Shown here piece by piece: positions 8,096 through 17,836 of a stretch of 64,000 nt of DNA. The notes under the pieces were generated by a model. That model was not told the origin of the DNA. It ran no database searches and saw nothing but the letters and a program-made list of their open reading frames with translations. Source of the stretch: Bacteroidia bacterium (GTDB lineage: Bacteria > Bacteroidota > Bacteroidia > SpSt-205); the NCBI GenBank assembly GCA_039630245.1, contig JBCNVK010000001.1:333598-397597 (forward strand). The letters are read 5' to 3'. A program made the translations under genes and the position numbers. Position 1 is the first letter of the stretch. The number at the start of each line of letters is the position of its first letter.

Positions 8096-9860
8096 TCACC
8101 TCCGCATATTTGCTTAGGATAACGCGCCGTTTGAGCTTGAGGGTCGGCGTCAGCTCCCCCCCTTCAATCGTCCACTCCTTAGGAAGAAGCGCGAACTTCT
8201 TGATGCGCTCAAACTGGGAGAAATCCGCATTAATGCGGTCTACTTCAGCCTGAATCAGCTCCTGTACGCGCGGGTGGCGGATAAGGACTTCGCGACTGGT
8301 GTAGGAAATGCCCTGTTCATGCGCCCATTTTTCCAGAGCCGGGAAGGAGGGCACTAGTAAAGCGGCTGGAAATTTTCGGTTTTCCCCCACGACCATCGCC
8401 TGCTCAATATAGAAGGAGCTTTTGAGGGCGGACTCCAGCGGTTGGGGCGCAATATACTTGCCGCCAGCGGTCTTGAAAAGTTCTTTTTTCCGATCGGTGA
8501 TGTAGAGGAAGCCGTCTTTATCCAGCTTGCCTACGTCGCCGGTGTAGAACCAGCCATCTTTGAGAACCTCGGCCGTGGCTTCGGGATTTTTGTAGTAGCC
8601 TACCATTACGTTGGGGCCGCGCACGACGATTTCGCCTTCATTGGGCGGGTAGCCTTCCAAGGGTTCTATGCGTACTTCTACCCCAGGGATGGGCTTACCT
8701 ACGGAACCCAGGCGGTAAGCATCAAAGGTATTGGCGGAGATAACGGGGGAAGTCTCGGTAAGGCCATAGCCTTCCATAATATGGAACCCCGCCCCCCAAA
8801 AGATGCGGGCCAGATAGCGCGGCAAGGCCGCTGCGCCAGTTACAATCAGCTGTACATTCCCGCCCAGCGCTTCTTTCCATTTGCGGAAGACTAGAGCCCG
8901 CGCCAGAGCCAGTTGGAGGCGGTAGCTGAGCGGGTAATCTTTCCGCTCGGGATCGTAATTTTCTACCAGTTTCAGCGCCCAGAAGAAAAGGCGACGCTTC
9001 AGGCCAGTCAGCGTCTGCCCCGTAGCCATAATGCGCTCATAGACCTTTTCCAAAAGGCGCGGCACAGAAGTGAAAACGTGGGGCTTGACCTCACGCAGGT
9101 TTTCGGCGATTTTATCCAAGCTTTCGGCGTAATACACCCCAATTCCCATAGCCAGGTAGGTATAGAATACCATCCGCTCAAAGCTGTGATTGAGCGGGAG
9201 AAAGCTCAGGGCGCGCAGCTCTTGGCGGTTAGAACTCCGAGGAAGGAGATTGAGGGCGCGCACAGTAAGGACGTTAGAGACGATATTCTGGTGCGTGAGA
9301 ATAACGCCCTTGGGCGTACCCGTAGTGCCGGAGGTATAAAGAAAGGTGGCCCAATCCTCGGGCTGTACAGCAGCCTTATAGGGAGTTAGATCCACAGCGC
9401 TGGCTTCGCCCAGCTTGAGGAATTCCGTCCAGAGGGTAGCATCTGGCTCGGCGTCAAAGGCATAGACCTTCTCCAGCGTGGGACAATTAGGTAAAATGCT
9501 GCGCACCTTTTGCCATATGTCGCCACCCGAGCAAAAGAGCAGGCGGCTTTCAGAGTGCTGGATAATATACTCGTATTCCTTGGCGATGGAATTGGCGTAC
9601 ATAGGGACTACGATTACGCCGATCTGAACGGCGCCTAGGTCTACGAAGTTCCATTCAGGCCGGTTAGGGGAGACGAGGGCGATGCGGTCGCCTTTTTTCA
9701 GGCCGAGGGCCAGGAGGGCTCGGCTTACCGTATCGGCCAGGCGCGCTACCTCTTGGGTACTGTAGGTGACCCAGCGGCCCTGCTTTTTAGCGGCGATAGC
9801 GTCGGGACGCGGATTTTGGAGCTGCTCGGTTAGGAAGTCGTGTAGGCGACGAATCTCCAT
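8046..9860 (-). CDS. fadD: long-chain-fatty-acid--CoA ligase (AMP-binding family)
   Basis: Start set at MEIRRLHDFL, with a -7 box 4 nt upstream. AMP-binding motifs YTSGTTGTPKGV, GYGLTETS and YTGDVGKLDKDGFLYITDRKKELFK. Confidence 0.85.
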   Translation of the reverse strand: MEIRRLHDFLTEQLQNPRPDAIAAKKQGRWVTYSTQEVARLADTVSRALLALGLKKGDRIALVSPNRPEWNFVDLGAVQIGVIVVPMYANSIAKEYEYIIQHSESRLLFCSGGDIWQKVRSILPNCPTLEKVYAFDAEPDATLWTEFLKLGEASAVDLTPYKAAVQPEDWATFLYTSGTTGTPKGVILTHQNIVSNVLTVRALNLLPRSSNRQELRALSFLPLNHSFERMVFYTYLAMGIGVYYAESLDKIAENLREVKPHVFTSVPRLLEKVYERIMATGQTLTGLKRRLFFWALKLVENYDPERKDYPLSYRLQLALARALVFRKWKEALGGNVQLIVTGAAALPRYLARIFWGAGFHIMEGYGLTETSPVISANTFDAYRLGSVGKPIPGVEVRIEPLEGYPPNEGEIVVRGPNVMVGYYKNPEATAEVLKDGWFYTGDVGKLDKDGFLYITDRKKELFKTAGGKYIAPQPLESALKSSFYIEQAMVVGENRKFPAALLVPSFPALEKWAHEQGISYTSREVLIRHPRVQELIQAEVDRINADFSQFERIKKFALLPKEWTIEGGELTPTLKLKRRVILSKYAEVIESLYAEAEAQAPIAR

Positions 9861-9864
9861 ACGA

Positions 9865-9872
9865 CAAAAATA
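9865..9872 (-). promoter_or_regulatory. -7 promoter box TATTTTTG, 4 nt upstream of the fadD ATG (9860)
   Basis: Exact TAnnTTTG on the minus strand, lying between the rnpB 3' end and fadD. Confidence 0.5.
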
Positions 9873-9882
9873 CATAAAATTA

Positions 9883-10189
9883 GGTAGGGGTATGGGTAGT
9901 AAGCCGGGTTCTGTGTCTACTCCTGCATTGCTCTGAGCGGCTTACCCGCCGGCTATGGGAGCGGTCATCGCCGGCTGCTTAGCCTTGCGTCGGCTGGGGG
10001 TTGCCTGACGGGACGCTCTTACCGTCCCATTTCACCCTTACCCCGAAAGGGGCGGTATGATTTCTGTGGCCCTATCCGTCTGAAGGCCTTGCGGCGCTTC
10101 AGCCTCTCCTTGCGGAGAGCAGCCTGCTCCCAGACGCCCGGACTTTCCTCTGGAGGAAACCTCCAGCGCAGGAGCCCCCATCCCCTACC
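9883..10189 (-). ncRNA. rnpB: RNase P RNA, bacterial type A, compact (~307 nt)
   Basis: The minus strand carries the universally conserved P4 strands GAGGAAAGUCCGGGC (5') and ACAGAACCCGGCUUA (3'). P1 pairs GGUAGGGGAUGGG with CCCAUACCCCUACC. P2 pairs CUCCUGC with GCAGGAG. P3 is the hairpin CUGGAGG-UUU-CCUCCAG. There are two GCAA-tetraloop hairpins and the GGUAAGAGCG module. Confidence 0.9.
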
Positions 10190-12182
10190 GCTCGGCAAAA
10201 TTTAGGTCTAAAATCCGAAACTCGGCGCGCCGATTCGCCTGCTCATCCGCATCCGACAGCTCAGGATAGATGAGCGGCTGCGACTCCCCATACCCTATCC
10301 AAGACAAACGCTTGGGATTTATGCCCTTTTTCGTGAGATACTCCACCACGGCTTTAGCCCGATTATTGGAAAGGCGAATGTTATATTCTTCACTACCATT
10401 CGTATCCGTATGGGCGCCGATGAGAATACGCAGGCCGGGGTTACGCTCCATAAGGAGGGCCAGCCGATCTAGCTCCGCCGCCGCATCCGGGCGAATTTCA
10501 TACTTGTCAAAGTCAAAGTAGATATTTTGAAGCACGATAGGCCGAGCAATCTCTATGCGGTCTAGGAAAATGTCAATATCGGCTTCTAAATCCATGGACT
10601 TCGTGGCGTCCTTCGTGGAGACCGAGACCTCATTGGCTAAATATTCAGGGGCATTTCCGATAAGGGTGTAGTCTCGGCCGGCTTGAAGGGTAAAGCGGTA
10701 GGTGGCACTCTGGTCGGTGTTGAAGGTGTCCAGTGGGATAAGCTTATCGCCCTGCACCTCATACAGCGTAACGGTAGCAAACGGAATAGGTAGCTTCGTA
10801 CTGCCGTCGCGCACAGTACCATGTACGGCCAGTTCTATCTTTACCCGCGGGATACGACGTACATAGTAGAGGTCGTCCCGGCCCTTTCCGCCTGGGCGAT
10901 TAGAGGCCACGATTCCGATGGAGTCCTGCTTGATCCATATTAGCGAGAAGTCATCATAGGAGGAGTTGAGCGGCGGACCCAGATTCACTGGAGGTTCCCA
11001 GGTAGAGAATTGGCCTTGGGTCCTAAACACATCGTAGCCGCCCAGGCCAGGATGTCCATCCGAGGCAAAGTAAAGAGTCTTGCCATCCTGACCTATGTAG
11101 GGGTAGATTTCGTTGAAGGGGGTATTGATGACTTTGCCGGCATGCACGGGGGCGCTCCACTCGTTACCCACCTTACGGCTATACCAGATATCGGTACCAC
11201 CCATACCGCCCTCACGGTCGGAAATAAAGTACATCACATTTCCATCGGGGGTAAGCGTAGGCTGCGCGTCGTAAGTAGGCACTAGCTTCTTTTTTCCGCG
11301 CGAATTGACTACCATCTCCCGCTTACCCGACAGCACCTCCATTTTTTCAAATGGACCCCATTCACGCTTCTGAGGGTCAAAGGTGCTTTTGTAAATCCCA
11401 CAGCCCCAATATTTATGCGTAGTGCCCTGACCGCAAATAGTATAGTACATCGTAAGACCTCCTGGAGCGATTACGGCACTGCCATCATTTGCGCGCGTGT
11501 TGATTTTACGGCCGAGATTTTGAGGGCCGAAGACGGAATCGCCCTTGATACGGGCCACCCATAGATCAGAATAAGCGCTCTCCCCGTACTCCCCGAACCT
11601 ACCCGCACTCTGCCCACCGGGCCTATGGCTGGTAAAAATGAGGAACGAGTCGCCTTTGACTACGAAAAGGGCGGGCGCATACTCCGCTTCTTTGGTATTA
11701 GCGCCCCGCAGAAGGACTAGCTCGTAGTCTGGCTGCTGAGCCAAAAGCTTCTGGGCCAACCGACACCCCTCCAGCTCAATCTCCCCCTGCTTGCGCAGAA
11801 TATCTTTAGCCTTATGCCGCTCCAGAAACCGTTCCAAAGAAACAATAGCTTCGGCATACCGGCCCGCTTTCTTTTGGGCCATGCCTAAGTCTAAATATAT
11901 GGTGTCATTGCTTACGCTATCTATCGCCAGCGCCTTTTTGTAGGCTTCTATGGCGTTTTCGGTATAGTTTGTGTACCAGTAACAGCGACCCAGGCGATAA
12001 GCCGCATAGAAATTTTGGGGGTCTTGAGAAAGGACTTGCTTGAAGAGCTCGGCAGCCCGCTCGGGATTCCGATTTACATAATATTCTCGTTCGGCTTCGG
12101 CCAGTAGGGCACGCAGTTTAGCCGACTGGGCCCACACAAAGCCCCCCAGCAGAAGAGCCCTCAGAATAGCTCCCCGTCCCAT
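10185..12182 (-). CDS. OmpA-family outer-membrane protein with TPR, TolB-like beta-propeller and C-terminal OmpA peptidoglycan-binding domains
   Basis: Start set at MGRGAILRALLLGGFVWAQ (signal peptide). TPR region (ERAAELFKQVLSQDPQNFYAAYRLGRCYW). WD40-like repeats (PTLTPDGNVMYFISDR, GQDGKTLYFASD). OmpA_C motif (NIYFDFDKYEIRPDAA, GAHTDTNGSEEYNIRLSNNRAKAV, NRRAEF). Confidence 0.8.
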   Translation of the reverse strand: MGRGAILRALLLGGFVWAQSAKLRALLAEAEREYYVNRNPERAAELFKQVLSQDPQNFYAAYRLGRCYWYTNYTENAIEAYKKALAIDSVSNDTIYLDLGMAQKKAGRYAEAIVSLERFLERHKAKDILRKQGEIELEGCRLAQKLLAQQPDYELVLLRGANTKEAEYAPALFVVKGDSFLIFTSHRPGGQSAGRFGEYGESAYSDLWVARIKGDSVFGPQNLGRKINTRANDGSAVIAPGGLTMYYTICGQGTTHKYWGCGIYKSTFDPQKREWGPFEKMEVLSGKREMVVNSRGKKKLVPTYDAQPTLTPDGNVMYFISDREGGMGGTDIWYSRKVGNEWSAPVHAGKVINTPFNEIYPYIGQDGKTLYFASDGHPGLGGYDVFRTQGQFSTWEPPVNLGPPLNSSYDDFSLIWIKQDSIGIVASNRPGGKGRDDLYYVRRIPRVKIELAVHGTVRDGSTKLPIPFATVTLYEVQGDKLIPLDTFNTDQSATYRFTLQAGRDYTLIGNAPEYLANEVSVSTKDATKSMDLEADIDIFLDRIEIARPIVLQNIYFDFDKYEIRPDAAAELDRLALLMERNPGLRILIGAHTDTNGSEEYNIRLSNNRAKAVVEYLTKKGINPKRLSWIGYGESQPLIYPELSDADEQANRRAEFRILDLNFAER
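10196..10204 (-). promoter_or_regulatory. near-consensus -7 box TAAATTTTG, 6 nt upstream of the predicted rnpB 5' end
   Basis: TA-n3-TTTG (one extra spacer base) on the minus strand. It lies inside the last codons of the upstream OmpA-family CDS. Confidence 0.3.
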
Positions 12183-12189
12183 GCCCGCA

Positions 12190-12197
12190 CAAATATA
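12190..12197 (-). promoter_or_regulatory. -7 promoter box TATATTTG, 7 nt upstream of the OmpA-family ATG (12182)
   Basis: Exact TAnnTTTG on the minus strand. It forms half of the palindrome CAAATATACGCGTATCTTTG. Confidence 0.5.
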
Positions 12198-12201
12198 CGC
12201 G

Positions 12202-12209
12202 TATCTTTG
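12202..12209 (+). promoter_or_regulatory. -7 promoter box TATCTTTG, 4 nt upstream of the alaS ATG (12214)
   Basis: Exact TAnnTTTG on the plus strand, back-to-back with the 12190-12197 box. Confidence 0.5.
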
Positions 12210-12213
12210 TCTC

Positions 12214-14787
12214 ATGTGGGAAACGGCACGGGTACGACAAGTTTTTTTAGAATTTTTCGCCCAAAAGGGTCATCGCATCGTACCCTCAGCCCCTTTAGTG
12301 AATCGCACCGATCCCACGCTCTTTTTCGTAAATGCGGGCATGAACCCTTTCAAAGAGGTCTTTTTAGGGTTTGCCCCGCCGCCAGCCCCGCGCGTAGCGG
12401 ATACGCAAAAGTGCCTGCGCGTCTCTGGCAAACATAACGACTTAGAAGAAGTAGGCCACGACACCTACCACCACACCTTCTTTGAGATGCTGGGAAATTG
12501 GTCTTTTGGGGATTACTTCAAGGCGGAGGCTATTGCATGGGCCTGGGAACTTCTTACCCAAGTATATGGGATTCCCGCTGAAAGGCTGTACGTTACGGTA
12601 TTCGGCGGGGATGAGGCATGGGGTTTACCCGCTGACACCGAAACTTATGAGCTCTGGCAGCGCTTCGTACCAGCCGAGCGCATCCGTTTCTTCGGCCGAA
12701 AGGATAACTTCTGGGAAATGGGCGATACAGGCCCCTGCGGCCCTTGCACCGAAATCCACATAGACTTACGCTCTGACCCTACCCCCTTAGCCACCCCCCT
12801 CCTCAATAGCGGAAATCCCGAAGTAATAGAGCTCTGGAACCTCGTATTTATCCAGTATAACCGCCGAATGGATGGCAGCTTAGAGCCTCTGCCACTCAAA
12901 AGCGTAGATACGGGCATGGGTTTGGAACGGCTCGCCATGGTCCTCCAAGGCAAGAAGTCCACCTATGATATTGACCTTTTTCAAGCGCTGCGCGCGGAGG
13001 TAGAGCGCCGCACCCAAAAGACCTACGGAAAGGACCACTGGACCGATGTAGCGATCCGCGTGGTGTGTGACCATGTGCGTGCTTTGGCCTTTGCTATAGC
13101 GGATGGTCAGCTACCCTCCAACGTAGGCGCCGGGTATGTCCTGCGTCGGCTGCTACGGCGCGCCGTACGCTACGCCCACCAGTACCTAAGCTCTCATGAA
13201 CCCCTACTCTACCAGCTCGTGCCTACCCTAGCCCAGCTTTATGCGGACACATTTCCCGAGCTGCAAGCCCAACAGACTACTATAGCCGAAATTATCCAAG
13301 GTGAAGAGGAGAGCTTCCTACGCACGCTAGGCCGAGGCATGGCACGCTTAGAAAGCTATTTGGCCCAAAACCCTAAGACTCGCCAAATTCCGGGAACGGT
13401 AGCCTTTGAGCTGTATGATACCTATGGCTTTCCGCTAGATCTGACGCAGGTAATCGCGCGCGAGCATGGGCTACAGGTGGATATAGAAGGCTTTGAAGCG
13501 GCCTTAGCCCAGCAGAAAAACCGCAGCCGCCAGGCTACCCACAAGGCCTTTGGAGATTGGATTGAGATTCATGACGCTGAAGGACCCCCGCGCTTTGTAG
13601 GGTATGACTTCCACGAGGTGCGTACGGTTATCCTCCGCCTCCGCCGCGTCCAGACAAAGGACGAAACCCTCTACCACGTAGTACTCGCAGAGACCCCCTT
13701 CTACCCCGGGGGAGGCGGCCAAGTCTGTGATACCGGCTACCTCCAACAGGGCAAGCAAGAGCTGCGCGTGGTAGAGGCCTACAAAGAGCAGGATACGGTT
13801 ATTCATGTGCTCAAGGAGCCGCCGCGCCACCCCGAAGGCGAATGGCTGGCGGGCATAGACTCCGCCCGAAGGGAACAAATTGCGGTTCATCACACCGCTA
13901 CCCATCTGTTACATGCGGCGCTGCGCGAAATTTTAGGCCCCCATGCCAAGCAGAATGGCTCCTACGTAGGCCCTGACCGCTTGCGCTTTGACTTTACCCA
14001 TCCCAAAAAGCTTTCCCCCAGCGAAATTCGGGACATAGAAGCCCTAGTAAATGAGAAAATAACTGCGGCGTTGCCCCGCCGGGAATACCGCGATATTCCC
14101 TATGATGAGGCCATTCAAAAGGGCGCTATAGCCCTTTTCGGCGAAAAGTATGGCGAGCGTGTGCGTATGATTGAATTCGGCGGCAAATTCTCCCGCGAGC
14201 TGTGCGGCGGTACCCATGTGGATAACACTCTAAAGTTGCGCTTCTTCAAAATTCTCAGTGAGTCTGCTGTAGCAGCGGGGGTACGCCGCATAGAGGCCAT
14301 AGCCGGCGAAGCCTACCTCCAGTGGGTAGAAAGCCGCCTAGAGGAGCTAGAGCAGGTTAGCCAGCGGCTCAAAAGCGCTGGCAGCTTAGTCAAAAGCGTA
14401 GAAAAACTTTTGGAGGAGCGAGAGGCCCTATTACAGCAGCAGGCGCAGTGGATAGACCTTCTGGCGCAGCGGATTATAGCCCAGGCAGCTCCCGAAGGGC
14501 CCCTCGTAGAAGAGGTGCGCCTACCCAAGGGGACTTCCCTGCGGGATTTAGCCTTAGCCTGCCAGCGCCACGACCCCCGACGTACCTTCGTTTTAGCTAC
14601 CCCAGAAAACGGCGGCTATAACATAGCTATCGCTGCGCCAGAGGCTGCTAAAACCTTACTTCATCAAGTCTTAGAAAGAACAGGCGGACGCGGGGGCGGA
14701 CAGGATAAACTTGCCGTAGGGTATATTCCTAACCCCGAACCGCCCTTGCCCCTGCTGGCCAAACTACTTCTCAAGCCTACGGAATAG
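12214..14787 (+). CDS. alaS: alanine--tRNA ligase
   Basis: Start set at MWETARVRQVFLEFFAQKGHRIVPSAPLV, a canonical AlaRS N-terminus. Motifs FTNAGM-like FVNAGMNPFK and HHTFFEMLGNWSFGDYFK, editing-domain HTATHLLH, C-terminal DHHA1-like region. Confidence 0.95.
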   Translation: MWETARVRQVFLEFFAQKGHRIVPSAPLVNRTDPTLFFVNAGMNPFKEVFLGFAPPPAPRVADTQKCLRVSGKHNDLEEVGHDTYHHTFFEMLGNWSFGDYFKAEAIAWAWELLTQVYGIPAERLYVTVFGGDEAWGLPADTETYELWQRFVPAERIRFFGRKDNFWEMGDTGPCGPCTEIHIDLRSDPTPLATPLLNSGNPEVIELWNLVFIQYNRRMDGSLEPLPLKSVDTGMGLERLAMVLQGKKSTYDIDLFQALRAEVERRTQKTYGKDHWTDVAIRVVCDHVRALAFAIADGQLPSNVGAGYVLRRLLRRAVRYAHQYLSSHEPLLYQLVPTLAQLYADTFPELQAQQTTIAEIIQGEEESFLRTLGRGMARLESYLAQNPKTRQIPGTVAFELYDTYGFPLDLTQVIAREHGLQVDIEGFEAALAQQKNRSRQATHKAFGDWIEIHDAEGPPRFVGYDFHEVRTVILRLRRVQTKDETLYHVVLAETPFYPGGGGQVCDTGYLQQGKQELRVVEAYKEQDTVIHVLKEPPRHPEGEWLAGIDSARREQIAVHHTATHLLHAALREILGPHAKQNGSYVGPDRLRFDFTHPKKLSPSEIRDIEALVNEKITAALPRREYRDIPYDEAIQKGAIALFGEKYGERVRMIEFGGKFSRELCGGTHVDNTLKLRFFKILSESAVAAGVRRIEAIAGEAYLQWVESRLEELEQVSQRLKSAGSLVKSVEKLLEEREALLQQQAQWIDLLAQRIIAQAAPEGPLVEEVRLPKGTSLRDLALACQRHDPRRTFVLATPENGGYNIAIAAPEAAKTLLHQVLERTGGRGGGQDKLAVGYIPNPEPPLPLLAKLLLKPTE

Positions 14788-14791
14788 GACC

Positions 14792-16195
14792 TCAGCCGCT
14801 CATCACCCACTCTTGGCCTGCCGTCAGGAGGGCACTGGCCTGCGCAGCCGTCTCGGCTTCGGTATAGATTCGTAGAAGCGGTTCAGTACCCGAAGCCCGA
14901 AACATAATAGCGGAGCCGTCCGACAGGTGTAACTTAAAGCCGTCGGTAGTATCTATCCTCTCCACTGAGCGGCCCGCAAAGCGGTCGGGCGGATTCTGAG
15001 CCAGCCGCTTCAGTGCCTCCTGCTTGCGCGCCTCAGGCAAATGCCAATCCAGCCGATCGACGGCAAAAGGGCCTACTACCTCATGAATCTCCTCTATGAG
15101 CGCAGGCAGCGCCTTCCCCGTTTCATGAAGCATTTGCAAAATAAGCAAGGCCGCATAGGTGCCGTCGCGCTCCGGCAGGTGAGAAGGAAGCGCTAGGCCC
15201 CCCGATTCCTCAGCCCCTAAAAGCGTATCGCTGGCCTCCTGCATGCGTTCGGCGATGTACTTGAAGCCCACGGGGGTGATCTCCACAGGCAGGCCCTGCT
15301 TGCGCGCATAGTCCCCAACGCGCGTAGCGCAGCTAAGGCTTAGAATTACTCGACCTTTCATACCCCGATAGCGCACAAGATAATGCAGCACCAGCAGGAT
15401 AATATGATGCGCATCAATGTAGGTCCCCTTCGGGCCCATCATCCCAATGCGGTCTGCATCGCCATCCAGCACAAAACCAAAATCTAAGTCCTTTTCCCGA
15501 ATGAATTGAGCAAAATCGCCTAAATTCTTTGGAATAGGCTCGGGATTTACTCCGCCGAAGCTTGGGTTATATGAGCAGCGAAAAGCATATACCGAAGGAA
15601 GGAGCTTAGGAAAGATGCGCTGGCCAGCCCCATGCATGGCATCAAACCCTATACGATAAGGTAGGCTCGCTAGCGCTTTGAGATCAAAACGGCTCTTGAT
15701 ATAATTCTGGTAAAGGGCTTCCATGTCGTAAATTTCTATTTGGCGCTCGCGGAGGTAGTCTTCCCAGGCCTCAGGCACTTCCACTGGCTCTGGAGGAATA
15801 AGAGCTTCTATCTCCCGCAGAAGTGAGACAGGCGCCGGGCCGCCATACGAAGCCTTCAACTTATAGCCTAAATAGGAGGGCGGATTATGGGAGGCGGTAA
15901 GTACGATACCTAAGTGAGTTTGATGCTGCACGGTGGTCAGGGAAACCATAGGAGTAGAAACGAAGGTGGGGCTGAGATAGACTTTTACGCCGTGGTAGGC
16001 CAGCTGCTGGGCCACAGCTTCGGCAAACTCACCGGCCATAAATCGGCAGTCATACCCTAGGGCGACTTTGGGGGCCTCATACCGCTGGCGAAGCCAGCGG
16101 GCCGTACCTTCTACCACACGGCTGAGGTTGGCAAAGGTAAAGTCGCGCGCAATGATAGCTCGCCAGCCATCCGTGCCAAAGCGAATAGGCTTCAT
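14792..16195 (-). CDS. phosphoglucomutase/phosphomannomutase (alpha-D-phosphohexomutase family)
   Basis: 467 aa. Active-site loop TASHNPPSYLGYK, metal-binding DGDADR, sugar-binding GAEESGG. Confidence 0.85.
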   Translation of the reverse strand: MKPIRFGTDGWRAIIARDFTFANLSRVVEGTARWLRQRYEAPKVALGYDCRFMAGEFAEAVAQQLAYHGVKVYLSPTFVSTPMVSLTTVQHQTHLGIVLTASHNPPSYLGYKLKASYGGPAPVSLLREIEALIPPEPVEVPEAWEDYLRERQIEIYDMEALYQNYIKSRFDLKALASLPYRIGFDAMHGAGQRIFPKLLPSVYAFRCSYNPSFGGVNPEPIPKNLGDFAQFIREKDLDFGFVLDGDADRIGMMGPKGTYIDAHHIILLVLHYLVRYRGMKGRVILSLSCATRVGDYARKQGLPVEITPVGFKYIAERMQEASDTLLGAEESGGLALPSHLPERDGTYAALLILQMLHETGKALPALIEEIHEVVGPFAVDRLDWHLPEARKQEALKRLAQNPPDRFAGRSVERIDTTDGFKLHLSDGSAIMFRASGTEPLLRIYTEAETAAQASALLTAGQEWVMSG

Positions 16196-17355
16196 GCGGC
16201 AAAGTTAGGCGCAAAGCTCTGGTAGAGTGCATGGATATCCGCTAGAAGGCGCGTGTGGCTATACCGCTGGCGGATGTAGGCTTGGCTGGCTTGGGCTTGC
16301 TGGCGCGCCTGGGGGAGGTGCTGCAAAAAGGCCAGCAGGCTCTCTGCCAAAGGCTCGGTGAGTAGCCACCCCCATTTCCCCTCTTCCAGCAAATCGGGTA
16401 TGCCTCCTACGGGCGTAGCCGCTACCGGCGTACCACAGGCTAAAGCCTCTATAAGGCTGACGGGCGTTCCTTCATTATCCGAGGTAAGTACTACGGCATC
16501 CAGCGCCCGCAGAACTTCAGGAATATCCCAGCGCAATCCCGCCCAGATAAGAAGATCCTGAAGGCCTAGGCTCTCTCCCAAGGCTTCCCATGCGGCACGC
16601 TGAGGCCCTTCGCCCACTAATACCAGCCGAAAAGGCGGGGCTTGGGCCCGAATCTCCCTCAGCGCTCTAAAAAGCCTATCCAGCCGCTTAATAGGCACGA
16701 GGCGGCCTATCCACCCTAAAAGGAGCTCATTTTCGGTGCGCTGCCAGAGTCGGCGCAAACTGGCCACCTGCACCGCATCGTAGTTATCCAGCCGCTCCAG
16801 TTCAAAGCCCAAGGGAATTACCACAACCTTTTCCGGTGGGGCGATCTTGAAGCGCTCCACTATATCTCGACGCTGCCGCTCGCTAATTACGATGATCCGA
16901 TGGGTAAGGCTAGCCAGGAAACGCTCCACCAGCCGATACGCCCAGGACCACCCAGCGGAAAAATAGCCCTCAAACGAATGGCCATGATAGGTGTGGATAC
17001 GCACGGGCACCCCCGCCAGCCAAGCCGCCAGGCGACCTAATGCGCCAGCCTTAGCCGTGTGCGTGTGAATAAGGTGAGGACGCCAGCGCCGCAGAGTCCG
17101 CCACAACCACAAAAACGCGCCGATATCCCTTCGCCAGCTGGGTTTCCGTTGGAGGGACGGCAGAAACTCTACCTCCACGCCATAGGCCGCTATCCAAGGA
17201 GTAGCTCTACTTTCGCCCAAGGGTTCTTGCCCAGCGATAAGACGAGTCTCATAGGGCCCCCACTGAGCTAAGTCGCGCGTAAGAAGGAGCACCTGGTGTG
17301 CCGGTCCACCTACATTCAAGCGCGTTACTAAGCGTAAAACGCGTATTTTAGTCAT
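16192..17355 (-). CDS. glycosyltransferase family 4 (GT-B fold)
   Basis: 387 aa. N-terminal GGPAHQV donor-binding pattern and a C-terminal EGTPVSLIEALACGTPVAATPVGGIPDL motif typical of GT4. 4-nt overlap with the downstream gene. Confidence 0.8.
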   Translation of the reverse strand: MTKIRVLRLVTRLNVGGPAHQVLLLTRDLAQWGPYETRLIAGQEPLGESRATPWIAAYGVEVEFLPSLQRKPSWRRDIGAFLWLWRTLRRWRPHLIHTHTAKAGALGRLAAWLAGVPVRIHTYHGHSFEGYFSAGWSWAYRLVERFLASLTHRIIVISERQRRDIVERFKIAPPEKVVVIPLGFELERLDNYDAVQVASLRRLWQRTENELLLGWIGRLVPIKRLDRLFRALREIRAQAPPFRLVLVGEGPQRAAWEALGESLGLQDLLIWAGLRWDIPEVLRALDAVVLTSDNEGTPVSLIEALACGTPVAATPVGGIPDLLEEGKWGWLLTEPLAESLLAFLQHLPQARQQAQASQAYIRQRYSHTRLLADIHALYQSFAPNFAA

Positions 17356-17374
17356 TACCTTCAGCGAAGCGAAA

Positions 17375-17836
17375 ATGCAAAAACTATGGTTTTTGAATGT
17401 TTGGGTGGTATTAGCCCGGCCCGTCTTGAGTGATACGTTGCGGTCTGCTAATCCGCGCTTAGCGGCTTGGCTGAGCGGCCTTTTACCCGGCGCTGGCCAG
17501 CTATATAATGGCTCTGTATGGAAAGCGCCGCTTGTATGGGCTTACCTAGGGGTTACAGGCTTTTTGGCCTATCAGGCGCATCAGCAGTACCTCTACTACC
17601 GTCAGGCCTATCGCCATAGCCTAACGGGTCAGGTTTCCTTCCCCACCCTTCTGCCCGAAAACCTCCGCTTCCTTCGGGAAAGCTACCGAAGAGATAGGGA
17701 TGTGTATATAGTACTTTTCCTTTTAGGCTACATAAGCCAAATAGGAGATGCGTATGTTGAAGCGCACTTGAAAGGCTTCCGCATTTATGCTAGGCTTCGG
17801 CCAGACGCTGTACAACTGGCTCTCGGATGGAGATAG
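17375..17836 (+). CDS. DUF5683-like membrane protein
   Basis: 153 aa. The hallmark LLPGAGQLYNGSVWKAPLVWAYLGV resembles the Bacteroidota DUF5683 family. Confidence 0.6.
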   Translation: MQKLWFLNVWVVLARPVLSDTLRSANPRLAAWLSGLLPGAGQLYNGSVWKAPLVWAYLGVTGFLAYQAHQQYLYYRQAYRHSLTGQVSFPTLLPENLRFLRESYRRDRDVYIVLFLLGYISQIGDAYVEAHLKGFRIYARLRPDAVQLALGWR

